Assembly: GCA_964427125.1 (NCBI GenBank)
Contig: CAYRSM010000003.1
Span: 1-40,324 of the forward strand
Origin: an uncultured archaeon
GTDB lineage: Archaea > Aenigmatarchaeota > Aenigmatarchaeia > CG10238-14 > SCSR01
Reading direction: 5' to 3'
DNA length: 40,324 nt
Positions 16,899-26,681 of this stretch are shown here, piece after piece. Positions within the stretch are counted from its first letter, which is position 1. Each line of letters begins with the position of its first letter. The position numbers and the translations under genes are program-made. Under the pieces are notes generated by a model. That model saw only the letters and a list, made by a program, of their open reading frames with translations, did no database searches and was not told the DNA's origin.

Positions 16899-16942
16899 AG
16901 TTATAGCAACTATAGAGAATGTATCAAGAGGGTGGCTGAAAA

Positions 16943-17137
16943 ATGATTATACCTCCTAGATGCCAGTCGTGCGGAAAAGTAGTGGGGCACATGTACGCGG
17001 AGTACCGCCAAAGGACCGAGGCCGGCGAGAGCGCGGAGAAGGTCCTGAACGACCTGGGCATGAAGAGGTACTGCTGCAGGCAGCTGTTCATAGGGCACGT
17101 GGACCTGCTGAAGGAAGTGGCTAAGTTCAAGCCTTAA
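16943..17137 (+). CDS. rpoN: DNA-directed RNA polymerase subunit N (Rpo10)
   Basis: 'MIIPPRCQSCGKVVGHMY..Y........LGMKRYCCRQLFIGHVDL' is the canonical RpoN/RPB10 zinc-bundle sequence. Confidence 0.93.
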   Translation: MIIPPRCQSCGKVVGHMYAEYRQRTEAGESAEKVLNDLGMKRYCCRQLFIGHVDLLKEVAKFKP

Positions 17138-17190
17138 GATTAACTAGGTGACAAACGATTACTTTCGAGACATTAAATGTAGAAAAGGAC

Positions 17191-17805
17191 TTGGAAAATG
17201 CACAATTGTCATTTGAAAGATCAATAAAGAAAAGTCCCAACGAAACAATAAAAGATGTAACAATTGGTAACCGAGGCGGAAGTGGGACATACGATATATT
17301 GTATCTGAAAAATCACGACATTTGGGTTTGTTTTGGCGGAACAACATGCGAATACAAATGTTGGAATAAGCTTGTTGGAGAATGTGAGAAAAAGGGAAAA
17401 TGTCAACGAGAAAGATATTGGAATGCCTTTGGTACAGGAAAACCTGATGAAAAATCTACAGTGAGTATAGTGTCAGAAATCAATATGCCTACAAATAGGA
17501 AGGACTTTAGAATAGGTGGCGTGTTGGCTAAAGATAAGGACACAGGCAGAATAGCACTTTTCCATACTGGTAAAATAGGCGGCGGCAGAAAAGGCATAGG
17601 ATCCAAGTTCTTTTATGAAAAGTATCATGGTGAATTATATTACAGAAATGACAACGGTGATATAGTTGCAAAAGGAAATAGCATAGGGTTTAAGAAAAAA
17701 GTCGTTATGATAGGATACTTGGAGGACGACGATTTTTCCAAAAAGGTAAGTACATTTGTAAAAGAAGTGCATGGAATAAAGAAATTGAAATATCCTGATG
17801 GCTAG
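17191..17805 (+). CDS. Hypothetical protein in an AT-rich segment
   Basis: 204-aa ORF with a TTG start. The first in-frame ATG is far downstream. I recognise no motif. Confidence 0.5.
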   Translation: MENAQLSFERSIKKSPNETIKDVTIGNRGGSGTYDILYLKNHDIWVCFGGTTCEYKCWNKLVGECEKKGKCQRERYWNAFGTGKPDEKSTVSIVSEINMPTNRKDFRIGGVLAKDKDTGRIALFHTGKIGGGRKGIGSKFFYEKYHGELYYRNDNGDIVAKGNSIGFKKKVVMIGYLEDDDFSKKVSTFVKEVHGIKKLKYPDG

Positions 17806-17825
17806 TTTCAAACTTGGCCTAGAAT

Positions 17826-18119
17826 TTAACTTTTTATGTGCTTCAAAATATCCTTTCCTTCTTTTGTCAGTTCATAGATCCTGCCCACCCTTTCGTTCGG
17901 CGTTTTCAGTTCCACTATGCCCTTACCCACGAATTCCTTCAGTGTGCGGGAGACATGAGATACGCTCACCCCGACTTCCGATGCGATTTCAGTCGGCGTT
18001 TTGGAAACACTTAGAGAAGCTACTATGGCCTTCCTCTTTTTGGAACGCAGGACGAACGAGAGGAGCTTGTAATCCATGTTTAACAGTTTGAGGACACACG
18101 TTTTGTAACCGTCTAACAA
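17826..18119 (-). CDS. Small winged-helix (ArsR/MarR-like) transcriptional regulator
   Basis: 'KRKAIVASLSVSKTPTEIASEVGVSVSHVSRTLKEFVGKGIVELKTP...GRIYELTKEGKDIL'. An alternative start at 18077 ('MDYKLLSF') is possible. Confidence 0.7.
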   Translation of the reverse strand: MLDGYKTCVLKLLNMDYKLLSFVLRSKKRKAIVASLSVSKTPTEIASEVGVSVSHVSRTLKEFVGKGIVELKTPNERVGRIYELTKEGKDILKHIKS

Positions 18120-18169
18120 AGTATTTACAATTATTTAACAATTTAAGCTGTCGCACCCCAAATTAGATT

Positions 18170-18844
18170 ATGGAAAGACCTAGATTGGTTGTATTGGCTA
18201 TATTGGGTTTGGTGCTTTTCGCTATACTTTTCATACCGATTTACGCCACTCACTATAGTCAGGCTCCTGTTAAAAAAGCTGGCGCAAACGATATAAGTCT
18301 CGGTCCAATTGACTGGGGTAGTGGATATTCTCCAGGTTTTCCTACATCCATGAACTACCCTCCTGGTGTCAATGATATAAGGACTATCTACGTGAAAGCA
18401 ATTTGCACCGTAACAGAAAAGTTATCGATAAAAACGTTTATCGACGGTCAAGATTTGTTGAATGCATCCAATCGCTACAATTTAATGGATTGCCCAACAT
18501 CCGTTTGGTGGGATGATGGTGCTTTACCTTTGGATTCTTCATTGACCCATGTATTTAAACTATGTTGGGGAATAACTACGGATGAAGTTGATAGTGGTTC
18601 AAATTGCGCCACTGTTACGATACCTTCTTTCACTTGTAAAAAATACAACGAACCGTGCACTATACGTTCATTTACCCCAGCACCACAATATTTTACAAAC
18701 GATTGTTGCGGAAACTCGCAGGGCTATCAGGCAGTATGCGCCACTCCGATACAATCTCCCAATGGACAAACAGCGTTCAATCCTGTTATGTCAGCTGCCG
18801 GTAGCGGAATTTGTAAGAGGATTGTTAATCTGGAGACACAATAA
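18170..18844 (+). CDS. Secreted or membrane-anchored Cys-rich protein
   Basis: 224-aa ORF with the N-terminal hydrophobic anchor 'LVVLAILGLVLFAILFIPIYA' and multiple Cys in the C-terminal half. It is transcribed divergently from the wHTH regulator. Confidence 0.6.
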   Translation: MERPRLVVLAILGLVLFAILFIPIYATHYSQAPVKKAGANDISLGPIDWGSGYSPGFPTSMNYPPGVNDIRTIYVKAICTVTEKLSIKTFIDGQDLLNASNRYNLMDCPTSVWWDDGALPLDSSLTHVFKLCWGITTDEVDSGSNCATVTIPSFTCKKYNEPCTIRSFTPAPQYFTNDCCGNSQGYQAVCATPIQSPNGQTAFNPVMSAAGSGICKRIVNLETQ

Positions 18845-18865
18845 TTAGATGGTCATGAATTAACA

Positions 18866-20992
18866 ATGATTCAAATGGTAGTTAGAAAAATCATGGCCTG
18901 TATGTTTTTCTTTCTTCTACTGCTTCCATTTACTTATGCAGAAGAGTCTGCCAAATATCTGCGAGGTTCCATGTTAACAGCAGTAGTCAGAGTGTCCGAC
19001 ACGATAAACAAGTACGGCACGTACCTCCTTATTAACGATTTGAAGCAGTCTGTCCAGAACAAGATAGCAGGAACAGAAAATTATTTTCTGGTCAATTCGC
19101 CGCCAGACGCCCGATTGAGCTTCACCCACCAGTTTTTCGATACAAGCTTGAACTACGTGCCTGACTATAGTTCTGGCTCGCAGTGGGTGGAAGATTCGTT
19201 GAAGTCGCTTGGGTATTCCGACACAAATAATGACAATACAGCATTGGACGAGTTCGAGGACAGCCTGCGCGCGACGCACAATGTCGATAATCTAGTGGTG
19301 GTCTTTGTGCCGGCGGTCGGGCCGCAAAGAGGCGGCCTACTCGGATACGCTTACCCATCGGGCGATGACAGGGAGTTTGCCGTTGTCTTCGCCTACGAAA
19401 TACAAGGCATTGCAGCTATGGGTTCTGAAATCTATACCCATGAAATCCTTCATCTTTTCGGCACAAGAGACGAGTATCCCAAGGCGATATACGGCGGCTC
19501 TGGTTGCACCGGCGGGGAGACATCCTACTGGGCAAGGCAGCCGATGCAATCATATTATCCGAACTACAACTGCCAGGCGTACCTGTGCTCGCAGAAGAGC
19601 ATAATGCAGGCTGGAGATACACTTTCGACAATTCAGGACTGGTTCAACATAAGCACGCCGATTGATTTCTGGGCAAGGGGAATGGTGGGTTGGTCCGATT
19701 TTGACATGAACGGGGTGCCGGATGCCTATGACAATGCCAGCATACAATTCGTAAACCACGCTCCGGTAAAGATGTCGGGGATATTCAGCAGCGACAATGT
19801 GGCAAGCGGCTTGGAGAACAGGATAATATCATTCAGAAACCCGAAAGTGGTCTCGTATTCCGTATGGAGCGACTTGGGTCAAGGAGGCATTGTTACTATA
19901 AACTTTTTATCCCCGAACGGGAATGCCATATCATCTTCCCCTGTTCAAATCACCGCTGGCGGTTGCAATGACACTCAGGTGAAGGTGTCGCTCCCTATGG
20001 CAAACACCCAAAACGTAAAGTCGCCTGGATTGTGGAAGGTCAGGGCAGATTACAACGGGCAGGCAATCTACTACGACCCGTTCAGGATAACGGCGCCTGT
20101 CCTTTCGTTGTCGCCGCTGGCAAAGGATTTGGGCGTGATTCACAAAGGCGATGTTGTGGGATTCGATGCTACGATAGGCAATTCCGGGGACGACTATATG
20201 AATGTTCTTTCCGCCAGCCTGCAAAACATGCCATCTGGCTCGACGGCATCGGCATTGCCTCGGAATGTCCTGCAACCAAGCGAGTCAACGACATCGACAA
20301 TATCCGTGGGCACTTCCCAGGCCGGCTCATTCACGGGAAGCTTCACTGTGACTTCGGACGATCCAGTAAACCCCGTGGCATCAATGACAATAACGGGAAT
20401 CGTAAAGGAGTTGATAAAACTGTCGGTTGTCTCCACAAAGGACTACATAGAGGCTGGGGACACGGTCAGGTTTGTCGTCTATGGGAACGGGCAGTTTGTG
20501 AATAATGTTGGCGTGAACGTAGATTCCAAAAGTCTGAACACAGGATCGACCAACGAGTTCACCTACACCTTTGACAAGCCCGGCACTTACACGATAACTG
20601 TCTCGAAGGGGAACACATCCACCGCCGACTATGTGAGCGGCAGCCTGGCAGTGGAAGTCCACAAGAAGAAAATCGAAAAGGAACTCGTGATTTCGACAGA
20701 CAAGGAAATCTACAAGACGGGGGAGAAAATCAAGATAACCGTGCTGTCTGAGGACAAGCCGGTCCAGTCAAATGTCGAGATAAACGGTCAGTCCAAGACT
20801 ACGGACGCCAGCGGAAGGACGTCATTCACCATTGGCAACGCTGGCACGTACGAAATCAGGGCAAGCAAAAATGCGATTGAGACTGACATGCAGATAATAA
20901 GTTTCAGGGACGCTGCGAAGTCGATAGACGTGGTTCAGGCTTCTTGGCTGGATTCGATAATGATATTTTTGACGAGTCTGTTTGGAAATTGA
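18866..20992 (+). CDS. Large secreted HExxH metallopeptidase-like protein with C-terminal Ig-like/beta-sandwich repeats and a hydrophobic C-terminus
   Basis: Signal peptide 'MACMFFFLLLLPFTYA'; 'YTHEILHLFGTRDEY' with HEILH at 19439-19453; an ASH/PapD-like stretch 'GSFTGSFTVTSDDPVNP'; two similar ~90-aa repeats ('GDTVRFVVYGNG...PGTYTITVSK' and 'GEKIKITVLSED...AGTYEIRASK'). Confidence 0.72.
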   Translation: MIQMVVRKIMACMFFFLLLLPFTYAEESAKYLRGSMLTAVVRVSDTINKYGTYLLINDLKQSVQNKIAGTENYFLVNSPPDARLSFTHQFFDTSLNYVPDYSSGSQWVEDSLKSLGYSDTNNDNTALDEFEDSLRATHNVDNLVVVFVPAVGPQRGGLLGYAYPSGDDREFAVVFAYEIQGIAAMGSEIYTHEILHLFGTRDEYPKAIYGGSGCTGGETSYWARQPMQSYYPNYNCQAYLCSQKSIMQAGDTLSTIQDWFNISTPIDFWARGMVGWSDFDMNGVPDAYDNASIQFVNHAPVKMSGIFSSDNVASGLENRIISFRNPKVVSYSVWSDLGQGGIVTINFLSPNGNAISSSPVQITAGGCNDTQVKVSLPMANTQNVKSPGLWKVRADYNGQAIYYDPFRITAPVLSLSPLAKDLGVIHKGDVVGFDATIGNSGDDYMNVLSASLQNMPSGSTASALPRNVLQPSESTTSTISVGTSQAGSFTGSFTVTSDDPVNPVASMTITGIVKELIKLSVVSTKDYIEAGDTVRFVVYGNGQFVNNVGVNVDSKSLNTGSTNEFTYTFDKPGTYTITVSKGNTSTADYVSGSLAVEVHKKKIEKELVISTDKEIYKTGEKIKITVLSEDKPVQSNVEINGQSKTTDASGRTSFTIGNAGTYEIRASKNAIETDMQIISFRDAAKSIDVVQASWLDSIMIFLTSLFGN

Positions 20993-20997
20993 GCCTT

Positions 20998-23718
20998 CTA
21001 TTCCAGGTAAATCCCCGGCTTCCCGAATTTCGCCTTCGCAGCCTTGTTCTGAGGGTCGTACTTCCCCTTGTCCGAATTTTTGAAAATAGACAATTCTTTA
21101 AATCCGTACCTGTTCCTTATGAACTCCTTGCCCTCGTTCAGGTAGTTTAATTCATCGTCCGTAACAACATAGAGGAACGCCTTCTCCTTCTTCCCGGCCA
21201 GCTGCAGCACCTTGTTCATGTCCTCCACAGTCTTGGTGAACATGCTCTCTATCTGCAATATCCTGTCGTCTGTCTTGCCCTTCGTCTCAGGCCACTTTGA
21301 AAGCGCAATCGAAGATTTGTTTCCCATCATGCTCCACAGCTCATCGCACATGTGCGGTATCAGCGGGGACAGCGCGGCAAGCCAGTCGCCCAAAACAATG
21401 TTCAACACTTCCTCAGCCGAATCGCTCCTCGTCCTGTGGTACTCAAAGTCGTTCAGTATCTCAAAGAATATCCTCTGGGCGTACTTCTTGAACTCGTACT
21501 TCTCCATCGCTTCGGTGGCAGCTTTGAGGTTGCTGTAGAACTTCGCCACGAACCATTTGTCGAACGGGGTCATCTCCTTCTTAGGCTTGGACTTTATCGC
21601 TCCCTGGCACAACTGGTAGAAGAAATCGAGCCTCCTCTTCACAATCTCGACATCTTTTTCTTTCCAGTCCAATGTGGATGTCGCCTCCGCTGCGTAGGCA
21701 AGGTAAAGCCTGACAGTGTCGGCGCCGAACTTCCTTATCGCAGAGACAAGCGGTATCACGTTGCCAAGACTCTTGGACATCTTCCTGCCCTCGGCTATCA
21801 GAGGTTCATTTATTGACATGCTCTTTGGCCAAAGGTCTTCGGGGAATATCGCCGCGTGATGAAAGAGGAAAAATGTCAGGTGGTTGGGTATGTGCATAGG
21901 CGCGGTCCTCCTCTCGTCCATCGGGTACCAGTAGGCGAACTCGCCCCTTATTTTGTTCAGCACGCCGATGTTGATCTTGGTTTTCTTGCTTATCTCGGCT
22001 GCATCGCCCTCGCCCAGGAACACATAGTCGAAAAATTCGCTTGTGAGCTGTTCCGGTAAAATCTTGTTCTCCTTGATGAGGTGCACTATCGTGTAGAAAG
22101 CCATGTAGATGGTGCTGTCGGAGAGGCTCTCGATTACCCGCTTGTCATCGAAGGGGAACCTCGTGCCCAGCCCCCTGTTCCTGACGCACGCCCACTCGTG
22201 CAGCCAGTTTATGGTGTCCTCGAACTGCTTCCTGTACTTGTCAGGCAGAATCTTCGTCTCGGACAGCAGGTGTCTGGTCTTCGCCTTCCAGTCCTCGTTC
22301 TTGTAGTCGAGGAACCACTGGTCGGACAGAAGCTTCACAATCACCGTGGTGCCGTCCCTGCATTTAACCTCCTTGACCGGCATCCCGTCTGGATCCGTGG
22401 TCATGTTCTCGTACATCCTGTCGGCGAGCTTATCCTTCTTTAGAGCTTCGAACACTTTCAGCTTCGCCTCCGACACCCTCATCCCCGCGAACTGGTTACA
22501 TTTTTTGTTGAGCGCACCGCTGTAGAACTCTATGCCGTACACATCCTTGCTTGCCCTTTCCAGTTTTTCCGTGTCCGCCTGGGATGTTATCTCCATCTTT
22601 TTTATTATTTCCACAGTTGGCAGTTCCTCGTGACCTTCCACAGTAATAAGCTCAATCGGAATTATGTTTTTCACCTTTGCCGCATCAAGCTTGAACTTCT
22701 TTATTGTCGCATCGTCTTTCTTCAGATCCTCGAGGGCTATGTAGTCGTAAGGCGCGTGTGCAGGGACTGAGTTGACAACACCAGTCGCAAGCTCGTCGTC
22801 CACGAATGGTGCCGGCAAAATGATGACCTCCCTTTCGGCGAAGGGTACGAAGACGGTCTTTCCTATCAGTTCCTTTCCCTTAAACTTCTTCACAACCTCG
22901 ACTTTCCTGTCCTGGTTCTCCAGCTTTGCGGCGCACTTCTCCGAGACGTACCACGTCTCCCCGTCGACCTTCGCCTTCACGTAGTCCTTGTCGGGGTTCA
23001 CCCACAGGTTTGTTATCCCGAAGATGGTCTCCGTCCTTAATGTCGCTGCAATCAGATAGCCGTCCTCGAACTTTTCCTTGATGAGGTTGAACTCCCCGAT
23101 TGACATCTGTAGCTCGTCGCCGCCCTTCACATCGTCCGTCGTGACAGGGTTCTTATCATTTGGACAGTAAAAAACAGGGTGCTTTCCCTTCACAATGTAG
23201 CCCAGCTGGTTCAGCTTGTGGTACTGCCACCTCACGAACTGGTTGTATATCGGGTCGCCGGTGGTGAACTGCCTCCTCCAGTCTATGGAGCATCCTATCT
23301 CCTTCATGTCGTTGACGATGACGCTGGAATAATAGTTTGCCACGTTCTCCGGATGAACGAACCCTTTGAGTATCTTCTCCGCGTCCTTCGGGTTGTGCAA
23401 TTTGATGTACTCGAGGTGGTCGCTGATTATCCCCTTCTCCCCGTTCTCTATCCTCTTCGAGATTGCTAGAATGGGAGTCCCAGTTATGTGCCAGGCTATC
23501 GGCCACAGGACATTGAGACCCTTCATCCTCAGGTATCTGGCTGTGACATCGCCCAAGGTGTAAGTCCTGCCGTGACCCACGTGCAGGGTGCCGGACGTGT
23601 AGGGGTAAGGTATTGTGAAGAAGAACTTCTTCCTGTCGGGCTCCGGGTTCGCCTCGAAAAGCTTCTCCCCGTACCACTTGTCCTGCCACTTCTTCTCAAT
23701 CTTTGCAAAATCCGCCAT
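20998..23718 (-). CDS. leuS: Leucine--tRNA ligase (archaeal type)
   Basis: HIGH motif 'HVGHGRTY', KMSKS motif 'KMSKSLGN', 906 aa, and conserved CP1/editing-region sequence. Confidence 0.93.
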   Translation of the reverse strand: MADFAKIEKKWQDKWYGEKLFEANPEPDRKKFFFTIPYPYTSGTLHVGHGRTYTLGDVTARYLRMKGLNVLWPIAWHITGTPILAISKRIENGEKGIISDHLEYIKLHNPKDAEKILKGFVHPENVANYYSSVIVNDMKEIGCSIDWRRQFTTGDPIYNQFVRWQYHKLNQLGYIVKGKHPVFYCPNDKNPVTTDDVKGGDELQMSIGEFNLIKEKFEDGYLIAATLRTETIFGITNLWVNPDKDYVKAKVDGETWYVSEKCAAKLENQDRKVEVVKKFKGKELIGKTVFVPFAEREVIILPAPFVDDELATGVVNSVPAHAPYDYIALEDLKKDDATIKKFKLDAAKVKNIIPIELITVEGHEELPTVEIIKKMEITSQADTEKLERASKDVYGIEFYSGALNKKCNQFAGMRVSEAKLKVFEALKKDKLADRMYENMTTDPDGMPVKEVKCRDGTTVIVKLLSDQWFLDYKNEDWKAKTRHLLSETKILPDKYRKQFEDTINWLHEWACVRNRGLGTRFPFDDKRVIESLSDSTIYMAFYTIVHLIKENKILPEQLTSEFFDYVFLGEGDAAEISKKTKINIGVLNKIRGEFAYWYPMDERRTAPMHIPNHLTFFLFHHAAIFPEDLWPKSMSINEPLIAEGRKMSKSLGNVIPLVSAIRKFGADTVRLYLAYAAEATSTLDWKEKDVEIVKRRLDFFYQLCQGAIKSKPKKEMTPFDKWFVAKFYSNLKAATEAMEKYEFKKYAQRIFFEILNDFEYHRTRSDSAEEVLNIVLGDWLAALSPLIPHMCDELWSMMGNKSSIALSKWPETKGKTDDRILQIESMFTKTVEDMNKVLQLAGKKEKAFLYVVTDDELNYLNEGKEFIRNRYGFKELSIFKNSDKGKYDPQNKAAKAKFGKPGIYLE

Positions 23719-23763
23719 ACTGAACAGCTAAAATACAGATAGGGTTAGTAAAAAATTAAACGT

Positions 23764-26100
23764 TTATTGCACAGCAGGACTTACGAGCGGAATGGGGTAC
23801 GGTTCGGCTTCGGACGGCAGGTCTATCTTGTTCAGCTCCGAAAGGTCGCCCAGGCTGTTCATCTTTATCTCCTTCTGCGAGACCGTGTAAAGCACGCCGT
23901 CGATGTATAGAGACCTGGTCACGGAGTAAGGCCCGTAGTAATAGTAGCTGGTGCTGTTCGCGCCGCCAGGCGCGTGCGTTATCCTCCCCCTGAACGCGAA
24001 CCCGTTGTCCAGCGAGACGTTGAACACGTATGCGCCCTGCCACTCGTAGCCGCCGTAGAAAAACGGCTCCAGCGACTTTTGGTAGAGCATTATCGGTATC
24101 ACGAGCAGTCCCTTGTCCCTGTTGAAGAGGAACGCCTTGTGGTCCCTCAGAGCCTCCGAGTCGGTGCCCCTGTCCCCTATGGCGACCTTTGCAATCTCCT
24201 TCGGGTTTGACACATCACTGACATCGAACAGAGACAGCTTCACCCCGCCCACAGCCGTGTAGTACACTGCATTAGGCGAATGGACTTTGTCCGCGTCCAC
24301 ACTCTCGTTGACCTCCTTCCCCACGCCTATTATGTGTGTTTCGTCGTACGGGTGCAGGTAGTCGGAAAAGCCGGGTATCTTAAGCTGTCCCAGTATCTTC
24401 GGGCTTGCCGGGTCGGAAAGGTCTATCACAAAAAGCGGGTCTATGCTCTTGAATGTCACAAGGTAAGCCCTGTTGCCCATGAACCTCGCGGCGTATATGC
24501 TCTCGTCCGGGGCAATGTTCTCCAGCTTCCCTACTGTGTTCAGGCTCATGTCAAGGACGTAGACGTTGTTGGACATAGTGGGCTGATTAGCTGCCGGAGG
24601 CTCAACAGGCTTTGCCACAGTCGGCTCCACAGCCTGTCCGGACATAGGCGATGCGTTCTGACTTACAGCCCCAGCGCTTGCTGTCCGCGCTACTGTTGTT
24701 TCTGCCATCCCCACATTGCCCGGTATCGCCACTTCAATGAATGAGCTCCTTGTGGTCGTGGCTATCCTGAAATATCCGTTGCTCTCGTCCATGGAAAACT
24801 GGTTCAGCACGCTTCCCGGCACTTCTCCATGTGCCTTGTAGTCTATCGCCCCGTTGGATATCGATATCCTGTGTATCACCGTCTTCTGCATCTCCTTCTC
24901 TATCTCCGCCTGCACCTGCTCCATCTTTCCCTGAAGCGAAGTCTGGAGGCTGTTCTGCTGCTCCTCCGTCAGATTGCTAAAGTAGTCCTGGAGTATCTGT
25001 GTGATGTTGCCGAACTTCGCATACTGCGGCATCTGCGCGTTCCTCACGCCGTCTATCTCGGAAACGATGTCTGCGGGAAGGCTCGGCATCAGCGCCCTGT
25101 CGAGCAGCGTGTCCATGTAGTCGTAATAGCTTAAAGTCTTCTGGTAAGTCACGTAGATGTTCCCCTGAGAGACGTAGATGTTCTGGCTGTATCCCATCAG
25201 GATTTCCTTGCTCGTGTAGTCCTGCAGGTCATCTTTCGTGTTCACGGACATGATTGTTGTGAGTGTGTAGGAGCTGTCGGGCGCGTCAAAATAGTAGACG
25301 TCTGAGGCCTGCACAGCCTTTTCATTGCCGTTGGAGGTCACAGTGGGAAGCGTCACGTTGTCGCCCCCGTTCACATAGGAGTTGAAGATGACATACACAT
25401 AGTCGCCCACCATCCTGGAGTTCGTGTAGCTCCCGTCAATTGTAACGTTCCTTTTTAATACCGGGCTGGCCCTGTCCGAGATGTCATAAACATAGACGAA
25501 CGCCTTCGGGGGCTGGTAGACGGGCGCCGGGCATCCGGTCTCCTGCGAGCACCTTATCATGGGTCTTTCCGCAACGCCTGATTGCAGCGGGACCGGGCCT
25601 CCGTAATAAAATGAATTCTGATTGCCCATCACGACGAGCCTGTCGCCGTTCACGAACAGCCCTGCGGGGGTTCCGTTGAAGTCAAGCGTGGAGACTATCT
25701 TCGCGCCGTCCGCGGGGAACACGTCCGAAATCACCACCTTGCTGCCCACTATGTCGTAGATGTACTTGCCGTCGTTCTTCACAAAATCCGATTCGTCCAC
25801 TCCGGCCACCTGTATGTTCGTGGTGGAATAGTCCTGCGAGCCTGTCGCCGTTCCTGCGGCCTGCGGCGAGGCGGAAGGCGCGTTCTCCGTCATAGCTGCG
25901 CTCATGGTCCTCATCGCCCCTGAGGTGTAGCCCGAGTATATCGACTGCGAGCTTGCTTTCAGGAATCCCTGGAGCTCCGTGTAGGATGAAAACTTCTTTA
26001 TCTCGTCCGTTGAAGCGTGCGGAAAGGGCTGCCTGACCGCCACGTATGTCACTGCGATGGCGACAAGCAGTATGACTGAAATCGTCGAGAGCCTGTTCAT
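23764..26100 (-). CDS. Secreted beta-propeller-domain protein (Pfam Beta_propel-like)
   Basis: N-terminal anchor 'LSTISVILLVAIAVTYV'. The stretch 'IYAARFMGNRAYLVTFKSIDPLFVIDLSDPASPKILGQLKIPGFSDYLHPYDETHIIGVG' matches my recollection of the secreted beta-propeller family. Confidence 0.72.
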   Translation of the reverse strand: MNRLSTISVILLVAIAVTYVAVRQPFPHASTDEIKKFSSYTELQGFLKASSQSIYSGYTSGAMRTMSAAMTENAPSASPQAAGTATGSQDYSTTNIQVAGVDESDFVKNDGKYIYDIVGSKVVISDVFPADGAKIVSTLDFNGTPAGLFVNGDRLVVMGNQNSFYYGGPVPLQSGVAERPMIRCSQETGCPAPVYQPPKAFVYVYDISDRASPVLKRNVTIDGSYTNSRMVGDYVYVIFNSYVNGGDNVTLPTVTSNGNEKAVQASDVYYFDAPDSSYTLTTIMSVNTKDDLQDYTSKEILMGYSQNIYVSQGNIYVTYQKTLSYYDYMDTLLDRALMPSLPADIVSEIDGVRNAQMPQYAKFGNITQILQDYFSNLTEEQQNSLQTSLQGKMEQVQAEIEKEMQKTVIHRISISNGAIDYKAHGEVPGSVLNQFSMDESNGYFRIATTTRSSFIEVAIPGNVGMAETTVARTASAGAVSQNASPMSGQAVEPTVAKPVEPPAANQPTMSNNVYVLDMSLNTVGKLENIAPDESIYAARFMGNRAYLVTFKSIDPLFVIDLSDPASPKILGQLKIPGFSDYLHPYDETHIIGVGKEVNESVDADKVHSPNAVYYTAVGGVKLSLFDVSDVSNPKEIAKVAIGDRGTDSEALRDHKAFLFNRDKGLLVIPIMLYQKSLEPFFYGGYEWQGAYVFNVSLDNGFAFRGRITHAPGGANSTSYYYYGPYSVTRSLYIDGVLYTVSQKEIKMNSLGDLSELNKIDLPSEAEPYPIPLVSPAVQ

Positions 26101-26654
26101 TTGGATGCGCCCGCCTTCCTTTTCTCCACAAGATATATTACAAATGTGATTAGCGATAAGGACAGCAAAGCTATGGATGCAAGGGAAAGGAAGTCAAAGG
26201 CCACCGGTAAGGGTGCTGCCGGGGGAATCTGGCCGGAAATTGTCTTCGCCGCTTCCGAGGGTAAGCTTGCCGCCGTCTGTTGCATAGACTGAAAGCCAGG
26301 GCGCGGCGTCATGATTGACATCAGACCGGTGAAAGCGCCCGCCGCCAGGGTGAGTGCCGATGTTGACAGGATTACCACAAGCCTCTTGGTCTTGCTGGAT
26401 ACTATCCCTATGCCCCTCTCGGTCAGCGTGTAGAAGACGAACTTCTTGCCGGGCTGCTCCACCTTCTTGACAAGCCCCGCATTCTCCAGAGCCCTCAGGT
26501 GTTCGACAATCGTGGCGTCCGTCTTGTTCAGCTTCTTTCCTATGAACGATGGCATCCTTCCGCCGTCGGCCAGGACCTTGAGTATGTCCATCCTAGTGTC
26601 GGCCGAAAGCGCCTTCAGGACGTCCCTGTCAACTATGGTAACGGGCTCTTCCAT
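26097..26654 (-). CDS. ArsR-family HTH regulator fused to C-terminal transmembrane segments
   Basis: 'LKALSADTRMDILKVLADGGRMPSFIGKKLNKTDATIVEHLRALENAGLVKK' followed by two hydrophobic helices. There is an ATGA overlap with the downstream beta-propeller gene. Confidence 0.78.
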   Translation of the reverse strand: MEEPVTIVDRDVLKALSADTRMDILKVLADGGRMPSFIGKKLNKTDATIVEHLRALENAGLVKKVEQPGKKFVFYTLTERGIGIVSSKTKRLVVILSTSALTLAAGAFTGLMSIMTPRPGFQSMQQTAASLPSEAAKTISGQIPPAAPLPVAFDFLSLASIALLSLSLITFVIYLVEKRKAGASK

Positions 26655-26681
26655 AACAATCGTTTTTTTATTTGGCTGAAA

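Noticed and set aside
15893-16942. Target-site duplication flanking the LAGLIDADG gene in the ribosomal cluster ('TATAGAAAT' / 'TATAGAGAAT')
   Set aside because: The match is imperfect and short, in very AT-rich sequence, and is compatible with chance. It is mentioned in the finding but not called as a feature.
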